Source: Eledone cirrhosa
Taxonomy: Eukaryota
DNA: 64,000 bases
Reading direction: 5' to 3'
NCBI GenBank assembly: GCA_964016885.1
Contig: OZ024764.1
Location: 26,164,001 to 26,228,000, forward strand
This document shows positions 26,233 through 38,899 of this stretch, piece after piece (within the stretch, counting starts at the first letter, position 1; every line of letters starts with the position of its first letter). The notes beneath the pieces are model-generated. The model was not told where the DNA came from. It searched no databases and worked only from the letters and a program-made list of their open reading frames with translations. The translations under genes and the position numbers were made by a program.

Positions 26233-28767
26233 AAACAGGCGAAAATGTATAGTTATTTTACGTCTGTGTAAATGGGGTGATTTTTTTTGGAGATGACCTC
26301 ATTTACACAAACTATACGGTCATATAAAAAGATCAACTTGTGGTGTGAGTAGGTTATGCCTGGACGGAAGGTTCACTGGTAAGAGAAGCAGAGTCCGGCA
26401 GCCAAAACCATGGCTTGATAATGTCAACCTATGGACTGGACTTGATCTTTGCTCTTTAATCTCTGCTGTTGGTGATTGAAAAGTATTATATATTCCTGGA
26501 AGGAAGGTTGGCTGGTAAGAGAAGCAGAGTCCGGCAGCCAAAACCATGGCTTGATAATGTCAACTTATGGACTGGACTTGATCTTTGCTCTTTAATCTCT
26601 GCTGTTGGTGATTGAAAGGTATTATATATTCCTGGAAGGAAGGTTGGCTGGTAAGAGAAGCAGAGTCCGGCAGCCAAAACCATGGCTTGATAATGTCAAC
26701 CTATGGAATACAGTTTCATATACAAATAAGATTAATCACCTCTTTTACATAGACGAGAATAACTATATATTTTCGCCTGTTTCAAAGTCCAGCAGTTGCC
26801 AGAGCGGGAGAGACTCTCCTGGTGAGAACCAGTTGAGTTCGAAATGGATCGACGATTGTCCATCTTGCTTCTACTAGACACTGCTGGGTCGTGTTAGCTG
26901 CCAGTGTTTTTCATAGCTATGGCTTTCTAAATGTTTATTTATAAACATACCGTATTTCTTTAGAAATACGAAGTTTAAATACATATTTTTTGTATACAGC
27001 TATGTTCGAAGCTAAATTCTAATTCTATTTTAAGTTGAGCCAATTTATACAGCTTCATATGCAAATAAGACTTTCCTGACTCTTGTACATTATTCACCTC
27101 ATTTATTATTTGACGCTAAACTCCACTATTTGCAGACTGCTCATCAACATGAAATATTTTTCTCCACAAAGTTCCATCACCAATAACAGAGTTTAAACTC
27201 CAGTCCATAAGTTGACATTATCAAGCCATGGTTTGGGCTGCCAGCCTCTGCTTCTCTTACCAGCCAACCTTCCTTCCAGGAATATATAATACCTTTCAAT
27301 CACCAACAGCAAAGTTTAAAGAGCAAAGATCAAGTCCAGTCCATAAGTTGACATTATCAAGTCATAGTTTTGGCTGCCAGCCTCTGCTTCTCTTACCAGC
27401 CAACCTTCCTTCCAGGAATATATAATACCTTTCGATCACCAACAGCAGAGTTTAAAGAGCAAAGATCAAGTCCAGTCCATAGGTTGACATTATCAAGCCA
27501 TGGTTTTGGCTGCCAGCCTCTGCTTCTCTTACCAGCCAACCTTCCTTCCAGGAATATATAATACCTTTCAATCACCAACAGCAAAGTTTAAAGAGCAAAG
27601 ATCAAGTCCAGTCCATAAGTTGACATTATCAAGCCATGGTTTTGGCTGCCAGCCTCTGCTTCTCTTACCAGCCAACCTTCCTTCCAGGAATATATAATAC
27701 CTTTCAATCACCAACAGCAGAGTTTAAAGAGCAAAGATCAAGTCCAGTCCATAAGTTGACATTATCAAGTCATAGTTTTGGCTGCCAGCCTCTGCTTCTC
27801 TTACCAGCCAACCTTCCTTCCAGGAATATATAATACCTTTCAATCACCAACAGCAGAGTTTAAAGAGCAAAGATCAAGTCCAGTCCATAAGTTGACATTA
27901 TCAAGTCATAGTTTTGGCTGCCAGCCTCTGCTTCTCTTACCAGCCAACCTTCCTTCCAGGAATATATAATACCTTTCAATCACCAACAGCAGAGTTTAAA
28001 GAGCAAAGATCAAGTCCAGTCCATAAGTTGACATTATCAAGCCATGGTTTGGGCTGCCAGCCTCTGCTTCTCTTACCAGCCAACCTTCCTTCCAGGAATA
28101 TATAATACTTTTCAATCACCAACAGCAGAGTTTAAAGAGCAAAGATCAAGTCCAGTCCATAAGTTGACATTATCAAGTCATAGTTTTGGCTGCCAGCCTC
28201 TGCTTCTCTTACTACCCAACCTTCCTTCCAGGAATATATAATACTTTTCAATCACCAACAGCAGAGTTTAAAGAGCAAAGATCAAGTCCAGTCCATAAGT
28301 TGACATTATCAAGTCATAGTTTTGGCTGCCAGCCTCTGCTTCTCTTACCAGCCAACCTTCCTTCCAGGAATATATAATACCTTTCAATCACCAACAACAG
28401 AGTTTAAAGAGCAAAGATCAAGTCCAGTCCATAAGTTGACATTATCAAGTCATAGTTTTGGCTGCCAGCCTCTGCTTCTCTTACTACCCAACCTTCCTTC
28501 CAGGAATATATAATACTTTTCAATCACCAACAGCAGAGTTTAAAGAGCAAAGATCAAGTCCAGTCCATAGGTTGACATTATCAAGCCATGGTTTTGGCTG
28601 CCGGACTCTGCTTCTCTTACCAGTGAACCTTCCGTCCAGGCATAACCTACTCACACCACAAGTTGATCTTTTTATATGACCGTATAGTTTGTGTAAATGA
28701 GGTCATCTCCAAAAAAAAATCACCCCATTTACACAGACGTAAAATAACTATACATTTTCGCCTGTTT
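26233..28767. repeat. Large inverted repeat whose arms contain 136-bp tandem units (~2.5 copies left, ~10.5 copies right)
   Basis: 26233-~26460 is the reverse complement of ~28540-28767; the unit translates as LEGRLAGKRSR.RQPKPWLDNVNLWTGL, resembling an RTE ORF C-terminus. Confidence 0.88.
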
Positions 28768-29090
28768 CAAAGTCTGGTAGTGGCAAACGGGAAACACTGC
28801 CTCGGCAAGAACCATTTTAGTTTGAAATAAATCAACGGTTGTCCCCCTTGCTTCTGCCAAACACCACTTGGCGGCGTTCACCGCCAATGTTATGTTCATA
28901 GCTATGGCTTTCAGAATATTTATTTATAAACATACCGTGTTTCTTTAGAAATATGAAATACAAATACATAAATGATAATGATGTTTACAATAATGATGGC
29001 GATAATAACGATGATAATGAAAGTGCTGATGACAACAATGACCCTAACGAGGACAGTAACGAGGACAGTAACGATAATGAAAAGTCTCAC

Positions 29091-29166
29091 CTTGTAATTC
29101 GCTGTCTGGTTTCTGGTGTAAATTGTTAAATTCATGAGGGTAATTGTCCATCCAGTTCCAAATCGC
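29091..29166 (-). CDS. NF1: Neurofibromin exon (7th in window), 76 nt, AIWNWMDNYPHEFNNLHQKPDSELQ
   Basis: tcag|GCG and G|gtgag; resembles human AFWNWVENYPDEFTKLYQIPQTDMA (recalled); phase 0/1. Confidence 0.95.
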
Positions 29167-29199
29167 CTGACAAAACAATACCAAACATTATAAGGGGGT

Positions 29200-29830
29200 T
29201 AGTTTATTAGGGGTCAACTCTGTTGAAAGGGAGCCTCACAGGGCCAAACCCCACAGTATTTAACACCTTTAGTTTATTAAGGGTCAACTCTGTTGGAAGG
29301 GAACCACACAGGGCCAAACCCCACAGTATTTAACACCCTTAGTTTATTAAGGGTCAACTCTGTTGGAAGGGAACCACACAGGGCCAAACCCCACAGTATT
29401 TAACACCCTTAGTTTATTAAGGGTCAACTCTGTTGGAAGGGAACCACACAGGGCCAAACCCACAGTATTTTGTACCCTTAGTTTATTAAGGGTCAACTCT
29501 GTTGGAAGGGAACCACACAGGGCCAAACCCACAGTATTTTGTACCCTTAGTTTATTAAGGGTCAACTCTGTTGGAAGGGAACCACACAGGGCCAAACCCA
29601 CAGTATTTTGTACCCTTAGTTTATTAAAGGTCAACTCTGTTGTAAGGGAACCACACAGGGCCAAACCCCACAGTATTTAACACCCTTAGTTTATTAAGGG
29701 TCAACTCTGTTGGAAGGGAACCACACAGGGCCAAACCCCACAGTATTTAACACCCTCAGCTTATTAAGGGTCAACTCTGTTGGAAAGGAACCACACAGGG
29801 CCAAACCCCACAGTATTTTGTGCCCTTAGC
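29200..29830. repeat. 68-69-bp minisatellite (~9 copies)
   Basis: Unit agtttattaagggtcaactctgttggaagggaaccacacagggccaaaccccacagtatttaacaccctt. Confidence 0.93.
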
Positions 29831-30059
29831 CTAGCCCTACAATGTTCTCCTATGAACCAGAGAAGTTTCTCAGGTGTTTTAATGATAGGGACCCCAGTCC
29901 TATCATGTTGTTACAGCTCACACCTTTGTAGGTTTAGCTGGCCTCCTACAAGGTGGTATGTCATGGGCAGTTTCTCAGGTGTTTTAATGAGACAGAGTCT
30001 AGACCTATCATAAAAAACCAACACAAAATGAAATGCAGCGCCAGAAACTATCTTTCTCT

Positions 30060-32142
30060 CAATTTAGAGAAGTAGTGGTCCCTACCTGGAGTGACCCCTG
30101 ATATCTGAACTACACCTCAATTTAGAGAAGTAGTACCCTACCTGGAGTGACTCTTAATATCTGAACTACACCTCAATTTAGAGAAATAGTCCCCTACCTG
30201 GAGTGACCTCTGATATCTGAACTACACCTCAATTTAGAGAAGTAGTACCCTACCTGGAGTGACCCCTGATATCTGAACTACACCTCAATTTAGAGAAGTA
30301 GTCCCCTACCTGGAGTGACTCTTAATATCTGAACTACACCTCAATTTAGAGAAATAGTCCCCTACCTGGAGTGACCCCTGATATCTGAACTACACCTCAA
30401 TTTAGAGAAATAGTCCCCTACCTGGAGTGACCCCTGATATCTGAACTACACCTTAATTTAGAGAAGTAGTCTCCCTACCTGGAGTGACCCCTGATATCTG
30501 AACTACACCTCAATTTAGAGAAGTAGTACCCTACCTGGAGTGACTCTTAATATCTGAACTACACACCTCAATTTAGAGAAGTAGTGCTCTACCTGGAGTG
30601 ACTCCTAATATCTGAACTACACCTCAATTTAGAGAAGTAGTCTCCCTACCTGGAGTGACCCCTGATATCTGAACTACACCTTAATTTAGAGAAGTAGTCT
30701 CCCTACCTGGAGTGACTCTTAATATCTGAACTACACCTCAATTTAGAGAAGTAGTTCCCTTCCTGGAGTGACCCCTGATATCTGAACTACACCTTAATTT
30801 AGAGAAGTAGTCCCCTACCTGGAGTGACTTCTAATATCTGAACTACACCTTAATTTAGAGAAGTAGTCCCCTACCTGGAGTGACTCCTAATATCTGAACT
30901 ACACCTCAATTTAGAGAAGTAGTCCCCTACCTGGAGTGACCCCTGATATCTGAACTACACCTCAATTTAGAGAAGTAGTCCCCTTCCTGGAGTGACTTTT
31001 AACATCTGAACTACACACCTTAATTTAGAGAAGTAGTCTCCCTACCTGGAGTGACTCCTAATATCTGAACTACACACCTTAATTTAGAGAAGTAGTCCCC
31101 TACCTGGAGTGACTCCTAATATCTGAACTACACCTCAATTTAGAGAAGTAGTCCCCTACCTGGAGTGACCCCTGATATCTGAACTACACCTCAATTTAGA
31201 GAAGTAGTCCCCTTCCTGGAGTGACTTTTAACATCTGAACTACACACCTTAATTTAGAGAAGTAGTCTCCCTACCTGGAGTGACTCCTAATATCTGAACT
31301 ACACACCTTAATTTAGAGAAGTAGTCCCCTACCTGGAGTGACCCCTGATATCTGAACTACACCTCAATTTAGAGAAGTAGTCCCCTACCTGGAGTTACTT
31401 TTAATATCTGAACTACACACCTTAATTTAGAGAAGTAGTCCCCTACCTGGAGTGACCCCTGATATCTGAACTACACACCTTAATTTAGAGAAGTAGTCCC
31501 CTACCTGGAGTGACTCCTGATATCTGAACTACACCTCAATTTAGAGAAGTAGTCTCCCTACCTGGAGTGACTTTTAACATCTGAACTACACACCTTAATT
31601 TAGAGAAGTAGTCCCCTACCTGGAGTGACCCCTGATATCTGAACTACACCTCAATTTAGAGAAGTAGTCCCCTACCTGGAGTGACCCCTGATATCTGAAC
31701 TACACCTCAATTTAGAGAAGTAGTCCCCTACCTGGAGTTACTTTTAATATCTGAACTACACACCTTAATTTAAAGAAGTAGTCCCCTTCCTGGAGTGACC
31801 CCTGATATCTGAACTACACCTCAATTTAGAGAAGAAGTACCCTACCTGGAGTGACTTTTAATATCTGAACTACACACCTTAATTTAGAGAAGTAGTCCCC
31901 TTCCTGGAGTGACCCCTGATATCTGAACTACACCTCAATTTAGAGAAGTAGTCCCCTACCTGGAGTGACCCCTGATATCTGAACTACACCTCAATTTAGA
32001 GAAGTAGTCCCCTACCTGGAGTGACCCCTGATATCTGAACTACACCTCAATTTAGAGAAGTAGTCTCCCTATCTGGAGTGACTTCTAATATCTGAACTAC
32101 ACCTCAATTTAGAGAAGTAGTCCCCTACCTGGAGTGACCCCT
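30060..32142. repeat. 56-59-bp minisatellite (~36 copies)
   Basis: Unit aatttagagaagtagtcccctacctggagtgacccctgatatctgaactacacctc. Confidence 0.94.
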
Positions 32143-32477
32143 ATTCAAAACGTGGTTCAATCAGGAACATTATGATTCCATTCATTTTGAGTGAAACATT
32201 AAGAACGAACGGTAATTTCAGCAAAACATTACTTTTTGAATTTTTAAATCTTTCTAGAATTAATTTTTTTGATTTAAATGTTGTGAATTTTTAATTCTTT
32301 CTACCATAAAATTTGTCGATATTTAATTGTCGATAATTTTTTATTTACCTGTTGTGAAGGTGTGATTATTTGTACAAAACAAATTGTAGATCTCTAGAAT
32401 ATTTTTATTTTTATCAACTTCGCTCAAAGCGTCTTTAAAAAAACAGTTTGATGTCCGCTCAAAATGACTTTGCTTAA

Positions 32478-32700
32478 CCCTTAAGCATTTACATTACTCT
32501 ATATATATACTATTGTATTTTAATGTTAAAGGCTTTATCTCACATAATTATTCACATCAAATCTATGAGATCTTGATGATGTTCTTATTTACTTTAAAAA
32601 CAATACCTTAACATCAGTATGACTGGCTAGTTACAGCCGGTTTGAACAGAAAGAGGTGAGAGAATTCTGGCCAGATATGGACGGTTTAAATGATAAAGGG
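32478..32700. mobile_element. TTAA-type MITE, about one internal unit
   Basis: TTAA|CCCTTAAGCATTTACATTACTC...TAAAGGG|TTCA; same internal sequence as 11419-13884. Confidence 0.72.
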
Positions 32701-32856
32701 TTCAAATTGCAAATAATTTTAACTTCACTTAATAGGCATCACTCAAAATGACTTTGCTTGATAGTGTCTCTCAAATTGCAAATAATTTTAACTTTGCTCA
32801 ATCGACTGGACACAGGACATTCCATCTATTTGGAAAACATAGGACATGCCTCAAGG

Positions 32857-33200
32857 GAGGCACATGGCTTAGTGGTTAGAGCATTGGCTTTGCAATTGAA
32901 AGGTTGTGAGTTCAATTCTCAGACCGGGTGATGTGTTGTTTCCTTGAGCAAGACACTTTATTTCACATTGCTCCAGTTTACTCAGCTGTAGAAATGAGAT
33001 GATAGGACTGGGGTCCCTATCATTCCACTGCAAAGTGGTCGTGGAGGTGCCACGGCAAAAAAGCACCCAGCACTCACTGTAAATGAGGTTGGTGTTAGGA
33101 AGGAGGGCATCCAGCTGTAAAAATCAAGCCAGAATCAGTTCCCGTCCCACCCTTGCAAGCAGGGAAAAGTGGACATAAAATGAAATGAAATGAATGATGT
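32857..33200 (+). mobile_element. tRNA-derived SINE (family B) with RTE-derived tail
   Basis: Near-identical to 10611-10956. Confidence 0.82.
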
Positions 33201-33274
33201 GATATCGTTTTTGAGATAGTAGGATGGCACTTGAGGGTGACTTGGCTGCTATGTTTAGCATATCAAAGCAGCCA

Positions 33275-33912
33275 CATAGGTAGGTGTGTATGTACATAGG
33301 TAGATATATAGGTAGGTGTGTAGGTACATAGGTAAATATGTAGGTAGGTAGGTGTGTAGATACATAGGTAGATATATACGTAGGTAGGTGGGCATGTATG
33401 TGGGTAGATACGTAGGTGGGTAGGTAGATAGGTAGGTAGGTAGGTAGATAGGTAGATAGGTAGGTAGGTAGATAGGTAGGTAGGTAGGTAGATAGGTAGG
33501 TAGGTGGGTAGGTAAATAGGTAGGTAGGTGGGTAGGTAGGTAAGTGGGGAGGGGGGTAGGTGGGTAAGTACGTGGGTAGACAGTCGGCAGCAACAACATC
33601 TATAGCAGCAGCAGCAGCAGCAACAACAACAACTAGTGCAAAACCAACAAGGAGAATTTACAACAACAACAGCAACAACAACAGTAACACGAACAACAAC
33701 AACAACAACAGTAACACGAACAACAACAGCAACAACAACAACAGTAACACGAACAACAACAACAACAGTAACACGAACAACAACAGCAATAACAACAACA
33801 GTAACACGAACAACAGCAACAACAACAACAACAGCAACACGAACAACAACAACAACAGTAACACGAACAACAGCAACAACAACAACAGTAACACGAACAA
33901 CAACAACAGTAA
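33275..33912. repeat. (TAGG/TAGA)n then (CAG)/(AAC)n-rich microsatellites
   Basis: Directly visible. Confidence 0.9.
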
Positions 33913-33933
33913 TATGATAGAAAGTGACCAAAC

Positions 33934-34004
33934 CTTTTCTATATTGTGTGCTAATGTGTAGATTACTGATTTCTGTTTCAACGTTTTGAATTTTGAGCCA
34001 ATTT
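33934..34004 (-). CDS. NF1: Neurofibromin exon (6th in window), 71 nt, (E)IGSKFKTLKQKSVIYTLAHNIEK
   Basis: tttcag|AA and AAG|gtttgg; resembles human ETAFKFKALKKVAQLAVINSLEK (recalled); phase 1/0 fits neighbours. Confidence 0.88.
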
Positions 34005-34149
34005 CTGAAATTCAAAGAAGGAAAAACAATGAATTAACCCTTTGTTATCAAACCAGCCCTCGTACAATGAAATAAAGCCCCCCATTTTAAAGGTTTCCAA
34101 TTTAAATTAAAATCTTCCAACATAATTTTATATAAGAACCTTACGTTAA

Positions 34150-34499
34150 CCCTTTAACATTTACATTACTCTATATATACTATTGTATTGTCACAGTAAA
34201 GGCTTTACCTCACACAATATCTCACATAACATTTACATTACTCTATATATACTATTGTATTTTCACAGTAAAGGCTTTACCTCACATAATATCTCACATA
34301 ACATTTACATTACTCTATATATACTATTGTATTTTCACAGTAAAGGCTTTACCTCACATAATATCGAATCTATGAGATTTTAAAAGTATTTATTTTGAGA
34401 ACAATACCTTAATATAAGTATGAGTGACCAGTTACAGCCAGTTTCAACAGAAAAAGGTAGAGATTCTGGCTGGTTTTGGCCGGTTTGAACATTAAAGGG
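34150..34499. mobile_element. TTAA-type MITE with ~3 internal 60-bp units
   Basis: TTAA|CCCTTTAACATTTAC...ATTAAAGGG|TTAA. Confidence 0.82.
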
Positions 34500-34574
34500 T
34501 TAACCCAATATACACCCCACCTTTTTCTCCCATGTGTGTATATAGTGTGTATATATAGTGTGTATATATTAATC

Positions 34575-34895
34575 AGTATACACTGAGGATGAAAAACTCA
34601 GAGCTGTACGGGAGCATCCCAAAAGTCAGCTCAAAAGTGACACAGAGGAGACTGATGTTAGCTGGACATGCTCACCGGCATCCAGAGTTGACATTGCACT
34701 CAGTGCTCCTTTGGGAGCCCCTACATGGACACACTGGAAGAGGAAGACCAAGGTTAACATATGTTGATGCCCTAAGGACAGACACTGGTCTGTTGGAGAT
34801 GCAGGATATGGCAGCGATAATGAGGGACAGAGACCGCTGGAGAGAACTCGTCCATGGATCTCGGGAATTTTACCCGCCTTAGATAGATAGATAGT
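34575..34895 (+). mobile_element. 5'-truncated LINE (RTE-like) C-terminal fragment with (GATA)n tail
   Basis: ORF ELYGSIPKVSSKVTQRRLMLAGHAHRH...GRGRPRLTYVDALRTDTGL...MRDRDRW is typical of RTE RT C-termini. Confidence 0.75.
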
Positions 34896-34934
34896 GTATA
34901 TATATATATATATATATATAGTGTGTGTACTCAC

Positions 34935-35041
34935 CATTTAACAATTTAATCAAGCGTATCATGTCCACATTGATGTGTTGTATTAACTCTAGATCAGAGA
35001 GGTCGGACTGGTCCTCACTACAGGTGGACAATGTCGTTAAC
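34935..35041 (-). CDS. NF1: Neurofibromin exon (5th in window), 107 nt, (R)LTTLSTCSEDQSDLSDLELIQHINVDMIRLIKLLN
   Basis: cccag|G and G|gtgagt; resembles human LQELTVCSEDNVDVHDIELLQYINVDCAKLKRLLK (recalled); phase 2/1. Confidence 0.95.
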
Positions 35042-35044
35042 CTG

Positions 35045-37292
35045 GGAGAGAGAGACAGGTGTGTGTGAGAGAGACAATAAGATAGAGTAATGTGAGAGAG
35101 AGGGTGAGAGATATAGTGAAAGAGAGAGAGACAGTGAGAGGTGTCAGAGAGAGACAAAGAAGTGTGTGTGAGAGAGTGAGACAGTGAGTAATGTGAGAGA
35201 GAGAGACAGTGAGAGAGAGAGACAGTGAGAGGTGTCAGAGAGAGACAGAGAAGTGTGTGTGAGAGAGTGAGACAGTGAGTAATGTGAGAGAGAGAGACAG
35301 TGAGAGAGAGAGAGACAGTGAGAGGTGTCAGAGAGAGACAGAGAAGTGTGTGTGAGAGAGTGAGACAGTGAATAATGTGAGAGAGTGAGAGATAGAGCAG
35401 TGGGAGAGAGAGAGACAGTGAGAGAGAGAGAGACAGTGAGAGAGAGAGACAGTGAGAGGTGTCAGAGAGAGACAGAGAAGTGTGTGTGAGAGAGTGAGAC
35501 AGTGAGTAATGTGAGAGAGTGAGAGATAGAGCAGTGGGAGAGAGAGAGACAGTGAGAGAGAGAGACAGTGAGAGGTGTCAGAGAGAGACAGAGAAGTGTG
35601 TGTGAGAGAGTGAGACAGTGAGTAATGTGAGAGAGTGAGAGATAGAGCAGTGGGAGAGAGAGAGAGAGAGTGAGAGAGAGAGCGAGAGTGAGAGGTGTTA
35701 GAGAGAGCAAGAAGTGAGAGAGAGACAGTGAGGTGTTAGAGGTGTTAGTGAGAGAGTGAGAGGTGAGAGAGAGACAGTGAGAGAGAGCAAGAAGCGAGGG
35801 AGAGTAAGAGGTGTTAGAGAGAGCGAGAAGTGAGAGAGAGACAGTGAGAGAGAGCGAGAAGCGAGAGAGAGTGATAGGTGAGAGAGAGACAGTGAGAGAG
35901 CGAGAAGTGAGAGAGAGACAGTGAGAGGTGGTAGAGAGACAGTGAGAGGTAGCGAGAAGCGAGAGAGAGTGATAGGTGAGAGAGAGACACAGTGAGAGAG
36001 AGAGAGCGAGAAACGAGAGAGAGTGATAGGTGAGAGAGAGAGACACAGTGAGAGAGAGCGAGAAGCGAGAGAGAGTGATAGGTGAGAGAGACACAGTGAG
36101 AAAGAGCGAGAAGCAAGAGAGAGTGATAGGTGAGAGAGAGCGAGAAGCGAGAGAGAGTAAGAGGTGTTAGAGAGAGCGAGAAGTGAGAGAGAGACAGTGA
36201 GAGGTGGTAGAGAGACAGTGAGAGGTAGCGAGAAGCGAGAGAGAGCGATAGGTGAGAGAGAGAGACAGTGAGAGAGAGCGAGAAGCGAGAGAGTGATAGG
36301 TGAGAGAGAGAGACAGTGAGAGAGAGCGAGAAGCGAGAGAGAGCGATAGGTGAGAGAGAGCGAGAAGCGAGAGAGAGTGATAGGTGAGAGAGTGCGAGAA
36401 GCGAGAGAGAGCGATAGGTGAGAGAGAGAGACAGTGAGAGAGAGCGAGAAGCGAGAGAGAGTGATAGGTGAGAGAGAGAGACAGTGAGAGAGAGCGAGAA
36501 GCGAGAGAGTGATAGGTGAGAGAGAGCGAGAAGCGAGAGAGAGCGATAGGTGAGAGAGAGAGACAGTGAGAGAGAGCGAGAAGCGAGAGAGAGTGATAGG
36601 TGAGAGAGAGAGACAGTGAGAGAGAGCGAGAAGCGAGAGAGAGTGATAGGTGAGAGAGAGCGAGAAGCGAGAGAGAGCGATAGGTGAGAGAGAGAGACAG
36701 TGAGAGAGAGCGAGAAGCGAGAGAGAGTGATAGGTGAGAGAGAGAGACAGTGAGAGAGAGCGAGAAGCGAGAGAGAGTGATAGGTGAGAGAGAGCAAGAA
36801 GCGAGAGAGAGTGATAGGTGAGAGAGAGAGACAGTGAGAGAGAGCGAGAAGCGAGAGAGAGCGATAGGTGAGAGAGAGACAGTGAGAGAGAGCGAGAAGC
36901 GAGAGAGAGTGATAGGTGAGAGAGAGAGACAGTGAGAGAGAGCGAGAAGCGAGAGAGAGTGATAGGTGAGAGAGAGAGACAGTGAGAGAGAGCGAGAAGC
37001 GAGAGAGAGTGATAGGTGAGAGAGAGCAAGAAGCGAGAGAGAGTGATAGGTGAGAGAGAGAGACAGTGAGAGAGAGCGAGAAGCGAGAGAGAGCGATAGG
37101 TGAGAGAGAGACAGTGAGAGAGAGCGAGAAGCGAGAGAGAGTGATAGGTGAGAGAGAGAGACAGTGAGAGAGAGAGAGACAGTGAGAGAGAGAGACAGTG
37201 AGAGAGAGTTATAGGTGAGAGAGAGAGACAGTGAGAGAGAGTGATAGGTGAGAGAGAGAGACACAGTGAGAGAGAGCGAAAAGCGAGAGAAA
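35045..37292. repeat. GA-rich degenerate micro/minisatellite filling nearly the whole intron
   Basis: (GA)n with recurring gacagtgaga, gcgagaagc, gataggtgaga motifs. Confidence 0.93.
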
Positions 37293-37366
37293 GACAACAT
37301 GGAGAAGGAAACAATGGCAGACAGCTAAAACAAGCTAAAACAAGCTAAAACAGAAATCCAACTCAC

Positions 37367-37488
37367 CGAGCTGAAATTCTGTGAAATACGGCAGTGAAAT
37401 TATTTTGACTGAGAGCATATAAGACTTTGGAAGCCAATGTTTTCAACTGCAGGGCAAGTGGAGTGGCTTCTGTTGACCAGTTCAGACA
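37367..37488 (-). CDS. NF1: Neurofibromin exon (4th in window), 122 nt, CLNWSTEATPLALQLKTLASKVLYALSQNNFTAVFHRISA(R)
   Basis: ctttcag|TGT and CG|gtgagt; resembles human ELRNSASGVLFSLSCNNFNAVFSRISTR (recalled); phase 0/2. Confidence 0.93.
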
Positions 37489-37654
37489 CTGAAAGAGGAA
37501 TTTTAATAATAAAAACATTTACAATAAACCCACTGATGTAGATATAGGACATGACAACAAGGAGAGTAAAGGCCACCTCTAAAAAAGCCAAGTCTTTGCC
37601 GGTTTGAGAAAGTCCAGGGAGACGTGGGATGGATGTATTGGAGTGTGTGCGTGT

Positions 37655-37674
37655 GTGTATATGTATATATATTC

Positions 37675-37705
<31 letters not shown>

Positions 37706-37721
37706 TATATATATATATATT

Positions 37722-37809
<88 letters not shown>

Positions 37810-37902
37810 TTTTTATATATATCTATATATTTTTTTATATATATATCTATATATTTTTTTATATATATATATATATATTTTTTTATATATATATATATTT
37901 TT

Positions 37903-37934
<32 letters not shown>

Positions 37935-37945
37935 TTATATGTAAG
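37655..37945. repeat. (TA)n / poly-T low complexity
   Basis: Directly visible. Confidence 0.9.
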
Positions 37946-38006
37946 GTTGGTTTTTATGTTTAAGGTTGGTTTGATAAATTCCAACCTTACACACACCTCT
38001 AAGACA

Positions 38007-38038
<32 letters not shown>

Positions 38039-38192
38039 AAAAAATATATATATATCATGATGATGATGATGATGATGATGATATATATTTTTTTTCTTAA
38101 ATTCCTTTTTTTAAATTCCTCCCACCTTATGATATCCCCACATTATATTCTTCTGTTTTGGATTTGTTAATGCTTCTATACTCTGTATCTAC

Positions 38193-38252
38193 TCTTTAAG
38201 CTATGAAGAGTCCCACTTTTAGTGTGGACGAAACATTGTCAGCAATTAAAGA
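38193..38252 (+). ncRNA. Minimal type-I hammerhead-ribozyme-like fold with a non-canonical core
   Basis: tctttaa-gct / aTGAAGA / GTCCcact..agtgtGGAC / GAAAC att GTC / agc-aa-ttaaaga; the first core C is replaced by A. Confidence 0.5.
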
Positions 38253-38899
38253 TATACCTATGTTCTAAGCGCTCTTTGTTGTTAATTGTATTACGGCTCT
38301 GTCTTCAGACATTGAGCTAACCATATACTGCCTATCTGATAAGTTGAGTGTTACACACTCTCAATTTTCTCTTTTATATATTATATTTTTTTTTATATAT
38401 TCTTTTACTCTTTTACCTGTTTCAGCCATCCGGCTGAGGCCATGCTGTATATATATATATTTTTTTGTCTTAGAGAGGTGTAAGTGTGTAAGGTTGGAAT
38501 TTATCAAATCGTCCCAGGTTTTTCTCGGTCTACCTACTCCGTAACTTCCGTCAATTTTGATCGCCCTGTACTTAAAGTAAATACACCCTTCGGTCACTAA
38601 TGACCATAGGATTTACACCCAGAAAGTTTCCCTCCGGGGCACAAGTCTGGACAAGGTTGTTTGTGGAAGACCACCAGTCTCCCCTCTTCACGCCACCGAT
38701 GATGTCCAAGGGAAAGGTAATGACCGATACAGCTTGACGCCAGAGCCCAGCTGTATGGGGTCCAAGGATGCCTGAGCAGTGCAAAGAGGAATTTGGGCAG
38801 AAATGTTCTACTGGATCGTCATAACTGGATAGGTTTACCTGGAATACAGCTGAGCTGGGGTTAAACAACAACATTAACAGATCTTATATAGAAGATATT

